A stretch of 62,705 bases of DNA, filler included, from Globobulimina sp. (Eukaryota), in NCBI GenBank assembly GCA_003354225.1. It is 20 parts of 20 records of this genome, joined end to end, with 100 filler letters (N's around TTAATTAATTAA, not from the genome) between each part and the next. Parts side by side here need not be neighbours in the genome. Positions count along the whole stretch, not along the records: positions 1 to 3,043 come from PIVH01003909.1; positions 3,144 to 6,186 come from PIVH01003910.1; positions 6,287 to 9,329 come from PIVH01003911.1; positions 9,430 to 12,472 come from PIVH01003912.1; positions 12,573 to 15,615 come from PIVH01003913.1; 15 more parts are not named here. The stretch is one strand, 5' to 3'. Shown here one piece after another: positions 1 through 13,074 of the stretch. The notes beneath the pieces were generated by a model. It was given only the letters and a program-made list of their open reading frames with translations. It ran no database searches and had not been told where the DNA came from. The first letter of the stretch is position 1, and each line of letters starts with the position of its first letter. The position numbers were made by a program, and so were the translations under genes.

Positions 1-755
1 TTTATAAGATTTTATTTCTTATAAATATAGCGATTTCGTCATTTAGGGGGGTCCATTTATAAGAAACACCATCATTTATATATGAAAAAGCCATTTATAT
101 ATGAAAAAAAAGCCATTTATATAGTATTTACATGAAGTATTCCAAGAATAGCTCTCCGTATTCCGCAGAAATATATTTAAGAAATAAAATTAGATTAATT
201 AATACAATCAGAGAAATAAAATGTGTTAACACCCCTGCCCTCATAAAAATAAATAGAATACAATTTCAACGACTAAAACTTGGCGGAAAAATATAATAAA
301 ATCGGGCTATAATACGTCAATTTTATTTCTTCTCCAATTTAGGTCATCGAATACTAGGTTAACTTTGAATACTATGTTGAAAACCACTCTAGCTACCCCA
401 AAAACTTTGCTAATCTTTGAAATGAAACCAAACGAAACTAAGCCAAAAAAGTTAAATATAGCTTCACTGGATAATTCCTAATTTCCTAACTATCATTTAC
501 AAAAAACAAAAGACAGCGTGATCAGCGTGACAATTACTTTAGAATACCTTTTGGAAACACCGCGTGTTTAAACAATTTGAAATTCTATGGGGATTTACAT
601 GCAGTGCAAGGATATGTATACAATTTAAAAAGAAAAGTGTTTCAAACACAATAACACAACAAAAATTAGATTGGACAACAAAAAAAAATGAGATACATAT
701 ACATTTTTTTCCCGCAATAAACAGAAACTCTCAGTTTTCCCGCAATTCCGCAGAA

Positions 756-2425
756 TTAATCCAATTTTGTATATTTATATTGAAAATTTTTATTCTTTGA
801 CAATTTTCTTTGATTTTTATATATATTTTCAAATATAACTTCATCCGTTTTTGTTTGCAATGACAACGAACCAAAATATGAGAATAATTTATTTTCTTGA
901 GTTTTTTTATTTTTTTTCACACCAAAATCAAAATAATCAAACTTAACAACATCCTCAATACCATTCATATGACAAATTTGTTCAAAATTTGAAAATATTT
1001 TCTTTTCTTCACCTACTTTTTTGAGAAGTGCGTATATACAAAATGTTAATTGTAACACACCAAACATGACAATCCATGTAAATCTGATCAAATCGTCCTG
1101 TCTCTTATCCACCTCATCGCGCACAATGGCCACCATCACAGTGGTCGCCACTAAAAATAAAAAGGAGACCAACATATATTTGTCTAATAAGGTAAAATAC
1201 GGCTTTGATTTGGTCTTAATACTGGACGCCACGGCTGTTAATATTAAGGTTAACACCAAATTAAATCTATCAACGTAGGACTTGACGGGTATACTAAATA
1301 AAGCTAATGACAAACCGCATAATAACATAATAATCAACGGCTGATTCAATAAGATATCAAACCATCGTCGTTGCATTTTTAGCGACAATATTATGGCGGT
1401 TTTTTCCCGCGATACACGATCACCGACTGCGATATCACCGATATCCAAAAAGGCAGCTTTCATACTAAATATATATAATCCAAATCATAGGCATTGATGT
1501 GATAATTTCACAAAATACTCAAGGAATATGATTTGGATTTTATTTTCAACGACAAAACCAACCTAAATTCGCCGATTTCGATACATTTCCTGGTCACGAC
1601 ACAGAAATTTCTCTCTCGAAATTCTGGATAAAACACGAATTTTTTGCTGTTATCCACTAAGATTGTGGTCAAATCCTGACAATCAAATGGATAGTTTTGC
1701 ATTTCATATTCTTCATTAATTTGGCATTCGAAGATAACTTTTGTGCGAATAAACCATATCTTGTCAGAAGTCATGTTTTTGTTCATAACCGCCACATCTT
1801 TGAATCTTTTTAATTTGAATTTCTCGTAAATGACGTCGACCTCTCTGGCATTCCTACATTCAAATTGTGGATGATCGTCGGGAACCCACCAATTACACTC
1901 AGATCCGTCCGGTTCTGGCTCATGCTTTTCTTTTCTTTGTTTTTTCAAATCTTTCTGGCAACTTTCAAAGGCTTTACATTCATCGTATTCTTCTTTGGTC
2001 GGTACCCAATTTAAATACATTTGGAAATATATATGAAACGTTTCTTCCTCATCATCGACGCCAAAAACATCATTCACTTTCACGCCAATAAAAACGGGTC
2101 TTTTTTCTTTTTTATTTGGTTTTTTCGCAAACCATTCACCTGAATCTGATTGATATAAATTATAATATATTTCACGATAATGCGGTGGGAATTCTGCCCA
2201 TTTTTTGGCTTCTTTTTTATCGTTATTATCATCAAGACTTGTCATTGTAAGATGTCGACCCATACAAGTTTTATCAAATGGTGCTTTTTTTTCCTCTTCC
2301 ACTTCAATTGATAGTAATTCAGTTAGCTTTTCTTTGGTTTGTTCAGCGGTTACTTCCGGTGTTAATTCCGGTGTTAATGATCGCTGTGATTTGGCTGTGG
2401 TTGCACCATATCTGTTAAGCGCCAT
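756..2425 (-). CDS. Pentameric ligand-gated ion channel subunit, Cys-less type; join(2425..1563,1464..756)
   Basis: Extracellular domain with VNDVFGVDDEEETFHIYF and the YPFDCQ loop. An inferred intron at 1465-1562 (GTTGGT...TTTAG) joins it in frame to four TM helices (M1 NQPLIIMLLCGLSL, M2 DRFNLVLTLILTAVA, M3 PYFTLLDKYMLVSFLFL, M4). Confidence 0.85.
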
Positions 2426-2613
2426 GATCGCTACTTTTTAACACTTAACAGATTTGAAAAGATGGTTTATCACTAACTATTGTTGACTTTTCCATTCTGT
2501 TTCATGTTATATTAGTAGTATATTATAAATAATTTAATAATCACAACACAATAAAAAACACAAAAACGTTTGTTTACAAAAAACACAAAAACTTTTGTTT
2601 ACAAAAAAACATG

Positions 2614-2973
2614 TCACAAATCAACCACATTTCCTATATAACAGGGCGACCTTCCATTATTAATATGATATGAATCAGGAAATGAATGTGATTCTTCACC
2701 ATTTAAAAATATATGACGATTATGTGTCTGCAGACTCTGCACAGTGTCGTCCTCATCACTGCTGAGTCCCATTACAGCCGCAGCATTCGCAATGATAGCA
2801 TTAATCTCTTGCTGATCAATCGCAATATCATCTGCATCATTTCTATGTATCTGAATCATTTTAAGATTATCATCTTCAGACAGTCCATCCGATTCATCCA
2901 CGTTGTTCCTTATTATGCTTATATGTCGTTCATACGCTGCATGACCAACGTTATCAATGTCACTCTCATGCAC
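2614..2973 (-). CDS. Acidic hypothetical protein, probably the 3' part of a gene cut by the contig end
   Basis: 119-aa Asp/Glu-rich ORF with no recognised domain. Confidence 0.35.
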   Translation of the reverse strand: MHESDIDNVGHAAYERHISIIRNNVDESDGLSEDDNLKMIQIHRNDADDIAIDQQEINAIIANAAAVMGLSSDEDDTVQSLQTHNRHIFLNGEESHSFPDSYHINNGRSPCYIGNVVDL

Positions 2974-3043
2974 TGAATCCTCATCACCTAAATTACGATG
3001 AATTGCTTTACTTTCGTATTTATTCTCATTTTTAACAGTAAGT

Positions 3044-3143
3044 NNNNNNNNNNNNNNNNNNNNNNNNNNNNNNNNNNNNNNNNNNNNTTAATTAATTAAN
3101 NNNNNNNNNNNNNNNNNNNNNNNNNNNNNNNNNNNNNNNNNNN
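3044..3143. other. Artificial contig-joining spacer N44-TTAATTAATTAA-N44 (first of 19)
   Basis: Identical 100-bp spacers at 3044, 6187, 9330, 12473, 15616, 18758, 21900, 25041, 28182, 31322, 34461, 37600, 40739, 43878, 47016, 50154, 53292, 56430 and 59568. The core has stops in all six frames, and the segments between spacers shrink from 3043 to 3038 bp. Confidence 0.99.
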
Positions 3144-3488
3144 ATATGACAATATTAACACAATCACAAATACCCAAAATGGTTGTACCATGATCAAGCA
3201 TCCATTTAAAATGACTTAAAATTTTTGAGCTCACTGGGAATGCAGTCATAATGGCAAACTGTGACAAAGCAAGAGACGATTGAAAGATTGGATATTGTGT
3301 TACTGATATTGGTGTTACTGATATTGGTATTACTTATTATGATGAAATTAAATTGATTCAAGACATATAATGTATACAAAACATCAGAAACAAAACATGT
3401 TAAAAGTCAAAAAATAACGGATCCTTAATAAACTAAATAATTCAAAAAATTCAAAAAATAATTATACAAAGTCAAAATTCATTTTGAT

Positions 3489-5738
3489 TTATTTTTTTAA
3501 TTTGTCCGATGAAATGAATAATAATTGCCGTAAACACATTGTAGCATAACATGATTTTTCTAATTGTAATGATACAATCCATGCAGTTCTTTTCTTTCTT
3601 TTCTTGCCATCATCATCCTGTTTCATATCATCATCTTCATCTTCATCCTGATCCATATCATCATCATTCTGTTCCTTATTATCATCTTCATTCTGTCCCT
3701 TATTATCACCATCATCATGTTCCATATCATCATCTTCATCATGTCCCATATTATCATCAACATTCTGTTCCTTTTCCTTTTCCTTTTTAATCAGTCTCTT
3801 TCCAAGATTTGGTACATCCATCAACAATTCTTCATGATGCCGATACTTTTTGACAACCCCTTCAATATTCGTAGCTTTCGCCAAAATATTTCTATAATTG
3901 GTGGTAACGCCCCATACATCCATCTTATTAAACGACTTCAATGCCAATCCATCCCTCTCCAATAAATCATGCATACATTTAACCACATCCTCTAAACGCG
4001 GCAACATAATATTTGGCGAAGCCAACGGAAATACCACATCAAAAATATCATATTGATCAATATTTGCTTGCGTTAAATATTCGAAATTACAGTTTACATC
4101 TTCCCCCGTAACGTCTCTTTTTTCTTTCAATCGCACAATATCTCCAATCACCGCCTCATATCCATACTTCTTTATCCTTTCCGAGACACAGTGGTTCCAA
4201 ATATAACTCTGATACGAATGTGTATACATTGAACGAGTGCGCGTTGCCATTCTCATAAATACCAATCCGTAATCCACCGAATTCGGCGAGTCAAACTGCA
4301 CCAAATTCTTAATACACCTCTTTTCGATCCCTAATTCGTGTGGAAAATCTTTAATATCTCCACTGGCAACAAATTCATTTCTTCGCTTCGAAAAATGTCC
4401 GTTTTCGCCAGCACGCGGTAATATTAATAGAGCCAATGCCAAATCTAACTTTTTGGCAAAGATAGCCCGGCCAACCAAATGCGTTCCAACTCGCGAAGCA
4501 CCAAAGCGTTGCATGCCAAAATAATTTATAAATCCCGTATTGCTCAAAATATCCAATCTGTCCTTTAATTCGCTTTCCTGTACTGTTGAATGTGCCTTTC
4601 CTTCATTCAAATAACGGACATTTCGCAATGCGATGTTAAATTCATTGCCGAGCGAACATCCCAACTGAATTTCATCCGCAACATATTCAAAATTACCAAC
4701 GCGAACATTGTGGAGTCCAGACACGGCCTTATTGAGCTTAGCAGCCGTGACATGCCAAGCTGTTGCAACTTGCGAAGTCACAGCGTGTTTGTCCTTCATT
4801 CCGGCGATGGAAAAAGTTTTGGAGTTTACGCGTAATTTGTCACCAATTTTGCGTAAACAGTGCTGGTTATCCATTCCACATTTCACTAACACAAATTTCA
4901 AGTAAGCGCCTCTGCGCGACGACCACCTTTGTGTAGCAACCTTAGCTTTGATTATTCTCGCTTCAATGCAGGAGGAATGAAGCGAAGAACCATGATTTGT
5001 TTTGGTGGCAACATGCGGTAAACGTTGCAATGCGGTATGGATTTTGGTTCTTTTTTCTTTATCTTTGCACTCATCAAAAAGAAATGGTTTTGCAATTTCT
5101 GCCTTTTCTGGCGGTGGGATGGTAACAATGATAAAATCCTCCTCTTCTTTTTTCTCGTAATCTGTATTTTTTGGTTCTCGAAGGGATTGTGTGGATTTTT
5201 TAAACCAATGTATAAACTTTTGCGCTTTTCCCATGGTCACTAATGAGAGTAATTGCCGATAGACGGCCTCGACGTTGGTATAGATATCCGATTGAGATTC
5301 GATATCCATTATATTTTCGGACCGTTCATCTTTTATTAATTCATTATTTGTGAATTTAACAACTTTTCCTGATTCATCAATTTCGGAGACGATAAAGTCT
5401 TCGTATTTGTGTTTAAAACTTGCAATGATTGGTTTAGGTGCTTTTGAGTCGTCAGCAATAAAATGTTGAATACCAACATCACATTCGGAAAATTCGGGTA
5501 ATTTCATTAAATCAATAGATTCAATTTGCAAAGCATCTTGTAAGTCTTCCATGAATTTTCGACATTTCTTTCTTTTCCCTTTTGCTGATATTCTTGTTCT
5601 TGTTGGTTTTTGCTTTTTTAATGAACTCAATCGGTTATAACCCTTAGGAAATTTTCGACGTTTTTTCTTTGGAGGAGCGGAGCCTTTGTTTCCATATTCT
5701 CGATTTCTTTTTTTGTTGAGTGTTGGCTTTGTTTCCAT
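3489..5738 (-). CDS. PUS7: TruD-family pseudouridine synthase (PUS7)
   Basis: Motifs AGMKDKHAVTSQ (catalytic Asp), LGNEFNIALR, GFINYFGMQRFG, SYQSYIWN and CYATMCLRQL. Basic N-terminus and an acidic repeat insert near the C-terminus. Confidence 0.95.
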   Translation of the reverse strand: METKPTLNKKRNREYGNKGSAPPKKKRRKFPKGYNRLSSLKKQKPTRTRISAKGKRKKCRKFMEDLQDALQIESIDLMKLPEFSECDVGIQHFIADDSKAPKPIIASFKHKYEDFIVSEIDESGKVVKFTNNELIKDERSENIMDIESQSDIYTNVEAVYRQLLSLVTMGKAQKFIHWFKKSTQSLREPKNTDYEKKEEEDFIIVTIPPPEKAEIAKPFLFDECKDKEKRTKIHTALQRLPHVATKTNHGSSLHSSCIEARIIKAKVATQRWSSRRGAYLKFVLVKCGMDNQHCLRKIGDKLRVNSKTFSIAGMKDKHAVTSQVATAWHVTAAKLNKAVSGLHNVRVGNFEYVADEIQLGCSLGNEFNIALRNVRYLNEGKAHSTVQESELKDRLDILSNTGFINYFGMQRFGASRVGTHLVGRAIFAKKLDLALALLILPRAGENGHFSKRRNEFVASGDIKDFPHELGIEKRCIKNLVQFDSPNSVDYGLVFMRMATRTRSMYTHSYQSYIWNHCVSERIKKYGYEAVIGDIVRLKEKRDVTGEDVNCNFEYLTQANIDQYDIFDVVFPLASPNIMLPRLEDVVKCMHDLLERDGLALKSFNKMDVWGVTTNYRNILAKATNIEGVVKKYRHHEELLMDVPNLGKRLIKKEKEKEQNVDDNMGHDEDDDMEHDDGDNKGQNEDDNKEQNDDDMDQDEDEDDDMKQDDDGKKRKKRTAWIVSLQLEKSCYATMCLRQLLFISSDKLKK

Positions 5739-6286
5739 ATTCTCACTGTTTTTTGCTGCAAAATACTGAACTTTTTACTTGAACATTTATTGAAATTTGT
5801 AATGTCATCAAAAGAGAAACGATTTGTAAACGCATTGTTGACCTTTGCAAATGTATGAATTCATTGAATTGTATTTGTATTATGGAGGTAACTTATGTAT
5901 GGTGTGCAAAAAAAAGAAAACTTAAAAAACAATACATTTAATTACTATACAATTGTACGTAAAACTGTATGGTATGCAAAATGATGATAAAATACAAAGG
6001 AAAATATTAAAAATCAATAAGTGTTTTATTCAACTCATATATTATTATCTTTTTTGGAGTTGTTTTATTTATTTCTGAAATTCACATTGTGTTTGTTTTG
6101 AAGCAATCATGCTTCTTCACAGCACTTATGATGGCACTGATTCTTTTTGTGGTTCCTCTGGAATTAATTGATCGCATTGGCCTAATNNNNNNNNNNNNNN
6201 NNNNNNNNNNNNNNNNNNNNNNNNNNNNNNTTAATTAATTAANNNNNNNNNNNNNNNNNNNNNNNNNNNNNNNNNNNNNNNNNNNN

Positions 6287-7445
6287 CTAGTCTAGATTTA
6301 GTTCTCTCTAGCGTTAATTGATGAAAAATGGAATTCATTCTCAATGCATACTTATTAACATTGTATCTCTCCGTACTGTATGAATCCAACAATGATACAT
6401 CACATACTTTGTTAACCACCAAAGCCAATTTCCAGGCTAAATTAGAGACATCATGGAAACCCAAATTCATTCCATGACCTAATATAAATGAGCAAACATG
6501 AGCTGCATCTCCTGCTAAAAATATTCGATTTCTTGAATATTGTTGAATTTGTGTTGATTGATGCACGCGGAAATTTGTTGACCACAACATCTTTATGATG
6601 GTTACGCCATTTAACCCTCTTTCATTGAATAATTTGTGCCAATCAGCTTCATTCGGTTTCTCAAAGACACCATTATGATAATTTAATAATTGTTTTTCAT
6701 TCATTTCTGCAATAATAGCCCATGAACCATCACGAAATTTAAAACAACTACAGCCACCATTCGTTCCTTTTAATAAGGACAAATGTTTTCTTTCTTTAAA
6801 TGGCATATTCTTTAAATAGCCATGAAATTGAATAAATCCTTCCTTATACTGCTTAGCTGGAAATGAAAATTTTAATTTTGAACGAACAAACGATTTTGAC
6901 CCATCGCAACCAATCAAATATCTAACTTTTAAAATTTCTTTCTTTTGATTTTGTTTGTTTAGTTTAACTGTGACGTATTTTCCTTCATCCACAAACTGAA
7001 TTAATTCCACTCCTCGTTCTAATGATACATTATAATTTTGTTGTAAACACTGTAGAATGAGGTTTTCAGTTTTATATTGTTGATGACCTGTTGAAGTGTT
7101 AAATCGTGAATCTGCAGAGTGAACACTATACTTTGCATGACGAACAGTTTCAAATTGATCTTGCGATGTGCAGTTGGGTGGATAATGTAACAACATATAT
7201 TCCTCTACATTTTGAGCAGTTGATAAAATGTTATCTAACAACTTACCGTCGCATGAGTCAAATATTTCCATGGACCTTGCTTGAATATTAAATGCTTTCG
7301 GCCATTGACTTTGTTTCTGTCTTTTATCTATTATCCGAATACGACAAGGTTTTATTCCATTGCTGCACAATTGAAGTGCACAAAGTAAACCAGTTGGTCC
7401 ACCACCAACCACTAACACATCTAAATCAAAATCTGTGTCTTGCAT
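6287..7445 (-). CDS. FAD-dependent monooxygenase (PheA/TfdB-like, FAD_binding_3), 3' truncated by contig end
   Basis: VLVVGGGPTGL, LIGCDGSKSFVR, IFLAGDAAH, GMNLGFHDVSNLAWKL and LLDSYSTER motifs. Likely ATG at 7445. Confidence 0.9.
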
Positions 7446-7733
7446 TGTTAAAAATAAGAGAGCTCGAGGCAGGGATAACAAATATAAATATAAATATAGA
7501 ATAGAATAACAAATATAAATAGAATAACAGATACAAAATATAGAATAACAAATTCATAATTTCATAATTAAACAAACGAACAGCTACAATATTAAGCCAG
7601 TCAATCAATTGTTGCATCCATGGAGCTATGAAAACAGCGCTATAAACAACTTCTCCTATCACCTATGAACGTATTCTATTGATTTTCGCGAGATTTCACA
7701 ACAATTATTTGACAAAAAACTTGTTCTTCAGTC

Positions 7734-9039
7734 ATGCCAAGTCAAACAAATGTAGCATTGTGTAGTGGAATATCAAGGCAAACTCTAATTGCTGGTTTAT
7801 TTACAACGATTATCCCATCTACAATGGATATTTTTGGCAAAATTATATTGGATGAATTCCATACACTGCCTTTTTTGTCCATCGTCGTGGATGCAGTGTT
7901 TTTATTTATCATTTTAATGTCATTATTTCTATACACAAATATCATTTCGCACAGATCAAATCTAATAATTTCACCATTTTGGATTACTAATTTATTTGGG
8001 AACATTACAAATCATTTACATTTAAAATGCATTTTATTCTTAATATTATTAGCATTATTTTGGTCTGGTAACTGTATTTTTACCTATATAGCCACTCTAT
8101 GCGATGTCCCTTCATTTGTTGGGATGCTAAAAGGATTTGTAAGTCCTGGATTACTGTTCGCATCGTGCTTATTTGGCGGTGTGTGTTATATTTATTTAAT
8201 TCCAATTTTAATATGAATATGTTATATTGTACTGTACTAAAAAAGGAAAAGAGCAATTAACTGTTTTGAAAACAGTCAGTATTTTGTTGTATGCGTTTGG
8301 AGAGATTCTCATCGATTATGGGGAGGTTGCATTTAGTTTGAATTGCTTATTTATGGCAATGATCGCAGTGTGTTGTACAACTGGCAAATGTATGTGCTTT
8401 GTGCTAATATTAAACTAACATTTACATATAAAAAACACTGTAGATTTTATGATTGAAAAGGTTATGAATTGCAAATTATCGGATAAAATAGATTATAGTT
8501 TGCCGTTTGATCCATATTCTGATCACGATGGCAATCATGGCACCACAGAGGAAGCGGAGATATTATTATCATCCAATGAGGTCACTATTAATCATGAACA
8601 TGAACATGACATTGAATCAATGGAATCAACGGAATCACTGCAATCAATACCAAGTTTATTGGCATTTGGATATATTTTGCCACTTCAAATAATTATAGGA
8701 ATGATTGTTTTTGTGAGTAAAGAATATGAAGAGGTTATGTACAATGTAGGAAGTGAGAGTTATAGAGGTGCTCGAAGGGAATGGTTTTGGTATTCACGGA
8801 TGATACAAAACTGTGTGTTTGCAGTGATTTATTGGGCGGAGTTTCATCTCGTAAGTGAATTCTCAGCATTGTACATGATGGTATTTGGAATGATGCGGAA
8901 TACTGTCACGTTGATATTATCGTGGATTATATTGCAATATAAACTGACCATCTATGGGTGGCTGGGATATGCAACAGCAATACTCACTGTGTCTCTATTT
9001 CAGTACGCAAGAACATTTGACAAAGCACAAAGCAATTAA
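7734..9039 (+). CDS. Triose-phosphate/nucleotide-sugar transporter family (DMT/SLC35-like); join(7734..8178,8246..8389,8444..9039)
   Basis: Three hydrophobic ORFs join in frame through introns 8179-8245 (GTGTGT...AAG) and 8390-8443 (GTATGT...TAG). About 10 TM segments, and the C-terminal pattern SALYMMVFGMMRNTVTLILSWII...LTIYGWLG. Confidence 0.75.
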
Positions 9040-9116
9040 GCGAGCAGCGATATATTTAAGTTAATTTGAGCTTCGAAATCTATTAAAAAACAAAAAAACT
9101 TTATACAAAAAAAACA

Positions 9117-9329
9117 ATGCCAAATCGAATAGGTAATTATCGTTTAGGCCGCACCTTAGGCATCGGTGCCTTCAGCAAAGTAAAAGTTGGAACCCATGAG
9201 TCGACGCGCAAACGCGTGGCCATTAAAATCTTAAACAAAAAGAAATTACGTAGCATGGAAACGGAATCCAAAGTCGAGTCAGAAATCGCCATCTTAGCCT
9301 CCTTGAACCACCCACACATCATCCGATTG
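9117..9329 (+). CDS. SNF1/AMPK-alpha family kinase, N-terminal fragment
   Basis: IGNYRLGRTLGIGAFSKVK...VAIKILNKKK...EIAIL..LNHPHIIRL, cut by the spacer. Confidence 0.85.
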
Positions 9330-9429
9330 NNNNNNNNNNNNNNNNNNNNNNNNNNNNNNNNNNNNNNNNNNNNTTAATTAATTAANNNNNNNNNNNNNNN
9401 NNNNNNNNNNNNNNNNNNNNNNNNNNNNN

Positions 9430-12400
9430 ATCCCTCTTCAATCCCACCACCGCCACCGCCACCATATCACCATCATCATCACCCACATCCGCATCCCTTT
9501 GATGGTCCTCCACCCCATCAATTATTCAATGCACAGTACGCCTCCGGTCTCCATATCCCAGTGACACCAGTCAGACACATCGGAGTCCCACCAAACGTAG
9601 TCTTAACCCCCATTCATGGCCCACCTCCACGGCCACATAATGTTCGATTTATAAACTCAAGTTTTAATGTCCCGCCCGTACAAACAATCTACAACAACAA
9701 TAATAACAACAACCATTCTGACAACGCATTAACTAACATCCGACAAAAGGAATTGTTACCAATCAATCCCAATAACCACATGTACGCAAATTCGCAACCC
9801 ACTCACAACAATGTCCCGCCACATATCAGATCCACCTTAAATTCGATGCAAAACAACAACGCCAACAATGACGGCACCAACAAAGGTAGCAATGTGGGCT
9901 TAGCTCAAATGCCGGCCATCCAATCTGCAAACCGTCCCAAACAACAACCATTTGGCTACTCTGAATTCCAGGGACAAATGAAGCGCATTCAAACGTGGAA
10001 TAAAAAGAAAATTAAACAAGAACAACAATTAAAGGAAATCGACGAGAAATCCATTGGTGTGCCACAACTCCATAACGCCGATAATGAGCAAAATATCACC
10101 GGACGCGCTCATTTCATCCCCTCTCATAACCACAATGATGGCAGGATGCTACACAATGAATATTCGCACATTGGTTATGATCCCAATCAATATGACAATG
10201 ATCGTAAACGCAAACGGCCCGATGAGTTATCGGACGATTATTATTCTGAGACAGACGAAGAAGACTATGACATGGCGGACTTATTAGGCGATACCACCAC
10301 TGAGAGTGAGGAGGATCTGCACTTGGATGGCTATGGCGGTCCGCCCAAAAAGAAAAAACGCAAAAAAAGCAGCAACGGGCGACACAGGAACAGAATGAGC
10401 AAAACCGAGCGCAAAAAGCAATATCTACATTACATGAAACAGTTCGTCGGCATTGAAAACTCGTTAAATGCGTTGCAAGCCATTGAACCGATGGAGGATT
10501 TGAAAAAATCGCGCAAAGAATACCACGGTGACAGCAACTTAATGGTTGAAAAGATTCTACATCGGCGCGAGTACGAAAACCCCGACACCGGCTTACCCAA
10601 ATACGAATATTATGTGCTGTACAAATATTTATCCTATCTCCACTGCGAATGGATGAGCGAGGATTTACTCTTAGAACGCGAGAAAAAGGGCAATCAGAAA
10701 ATCAAACGCTTCATCAAACAGGGCAATGTGAACTGGTGCGAAGGAGTGGAGCTATTTGACATCAACTTCAGTACAGTGGACCGCATATTGTCCGCGCGGC
10801 CCGGTCCAGGCTATAACGACGGCGATACGCGCTTTGAGTATTTCGTCAAATTCAATGGCCTGAATTACAGTGATTGTCGCTGGGAGTTTGCAGACGACAT
10901 CGATGACGACAGTAAGATCATCTCGTTCCAGAAACGGAGTTTGTTGAATAACAATATCTGGGAACCGAAGATCCGGCCTCGCGCCAATTTTTATAAGCCA
11001 ATATCGGAGCAGATGGCGGTGTATAAAGACAATAATAAGTTGCATGAGTGGCAGGTGGAAGGCGTGAATTGGTTAATATTCAATTGGTACAATCGGCGGG
11101 GCGGCATCTTGGCGGATGAGATGGGTTTAGGCAAAACCGTGCAAGTGGTGGCTACGTTGGAGGCCATCTGCAAGATCTATTGCCATGGCCCCTTTTTAGT
11201 GGTGGCGCCATTGTCCACTATCAATCATTGGAAGCGAGAGATTGAAGGTTGGACGGATTTAAATGCGGTCATTTATCAAGGAAACAAAGAGGATCGCCGC
11301 ATTTGCCATTTCTTCGAGTTCCGCTATTTTGACAATACGGGGCGGAGATTGATACATAACGATATTTATAAGTTCGATATATTGATCACGACGTATGAGA
11401 GTGTCATGTTAGATGACGAGTTGCAAGGAATTAAGTGGAAGGTCGTGGTGGTGGACGAAGCGCACCGTTTGAAGAATAATGAGGCGAAATTGAGCAAACA
11501 TCTGCGGAAATGCAAGGTGGAGCATAGTATATTATTGACGGGCACGCCGATTCAAAACAATATGCGCGAACTGTGGAATTTGCTGAATTTTGTGGATGCG
11601 AACACGTTTGTGTCGTATAAGGACTTTGAGTACAAATACGGCGATGATAAAATGAAATCAGATGAGCAAATCCATGATTTAAAATCGCTGATTAAGCCGT
11701 ATTTTTTGCGCAGATTGAAGGAGGACGTCGCCAAGTTCATACCGGAGAAAAAGGAGACGATCATTGAGGTGGAATTGACGCGTATACAGAAGCAATATTA
11801 TCGTGCCTTGTTGGAGAAGAATCGCGAGTTTTTGTATCGCGGTGTGTCGACGCGGAATGCGCCCAAATTGACGAACATCGCCAATGACCTCCGTAACATT
11901 TGCAACCATCCCTATTTAATCTCGGGTGCGTACCAACGGATTACGAGTGGTTTGAAAACGATGGAGGAAAAGATAAATATTATGATTTCCTCCAGTGGCA
12001 AGTTTATATTATTGGACAAGTTGCTGCCTAAATTGCGCAATAACGGCAATAAAGTGTTGATATTTTCACAATGGAGAATTACTTTAGATTGGATCGAAGA
12101 GTATATTCGTCGTAAAATGTATCCCTATGAGCGGATTGATGGTAATATCACAGGCAATTCGCGGCAGGCCGCCATTGATAGATTTTGTGCGCCAAATAGC
12201 GAACAAGACTCATTTATATTTTTATTAACCACGAAAGCCGGCGGGGTGGGCTTGAATTTGACTGCGGCGGATACGGTGATTATAAACGATTCGGATTGGA
12301 ATCCCCAAAATGATATACAAGCCATGGCGCGATGTCATCGTATCGGGCAACATAAATCCGTCAAAGTGTATAGGTTAATCACCTCCCGTTCGTACGAAAA

Positions 12401-12472
12401 GGAGATGTTTATCAAAGCGAGCAAGAAATTGGGATTAGGCCAAGCCATTATGGGTGGTACGATGGAGGGGGA
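9430..12472 (+). CDS. CHD-family chromodomain helicase (SNF2 ATPase), partial at both ends
   Basis: Tandem chromodomains (YYVLYKYLSYLHCEW; YFVKFNGLNYSDCRWE), ILADEMGLGKT, VVDEAHRLKN, LLTGTPIQNN and DSDWNPQNDIQAMARCHRIGQ. Confidence 0.95.
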
Positions 12473-13074
12473 NNNNNNNNNNNNNNNNNNNNNNNNNNNN
12501 NNNNNNNNNNNNNNNNTTAATTAATTAANNNNNNNNNNNNNNNNNNNNNNNNNNNNNNNNNNNNNNNNNNNNATCCCCAAAGCATATTGCACCTACTGAT
12601 GGAAGATGCAAAAATTGATGCAAGATGTGCACAACAGTATGTAGTATTACTGTACTTAGTTAGTATAAGCATTAATGGTTTACAGTTGAAAGGCAATGAA
12701 AAGCAATAATGTATACCCCTGTGTAGATTTTCACATGTCACCATAGTTTGAATTGACAGGTACACCTTTCTCTGGAAGTATACAAGTTCAGTTCAGTAAT
12801 AACAAACTAGTTATCTCAAAAGTTATCTTACAAAGTTACAGGCCATCGAAAATCGAATTGCATTGTATTATCTTCTTGCTGCTGCGGATCGCCATGGAAA
12901 AACTTGTTAACTAATCCCTAACATACAAGGCAACCCTTCTGTATGTTTGACATTGCCTGATGTTGTTGGCCATACACAGACTGCATGAAAAGTTATAGTT
13001 CCTTTGTAATAGTCATCGCGGTCGTTGGTACAATATGTCTTTCCACTTCATAACATAAGACTTCGATTTGGATG

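Noticed and set aside
1-125. Terminal palindrome and CCATTTATA direct repeats; also ~24-bp duplicated units near 2550-2610
   Set aside because: Short, AT-rich and low-complexity, with no unique spacers. Not CRISPR and not assignable.
3551-3790. His/Pro-rich repetitive ORFs (also 18024..18431, 18134..18337, 54737..54967)
   Set aside because: Antisense or off-frame shadows of low-complexity repeats in PUS7, the Dicer polyproline and the PTIS repeat.
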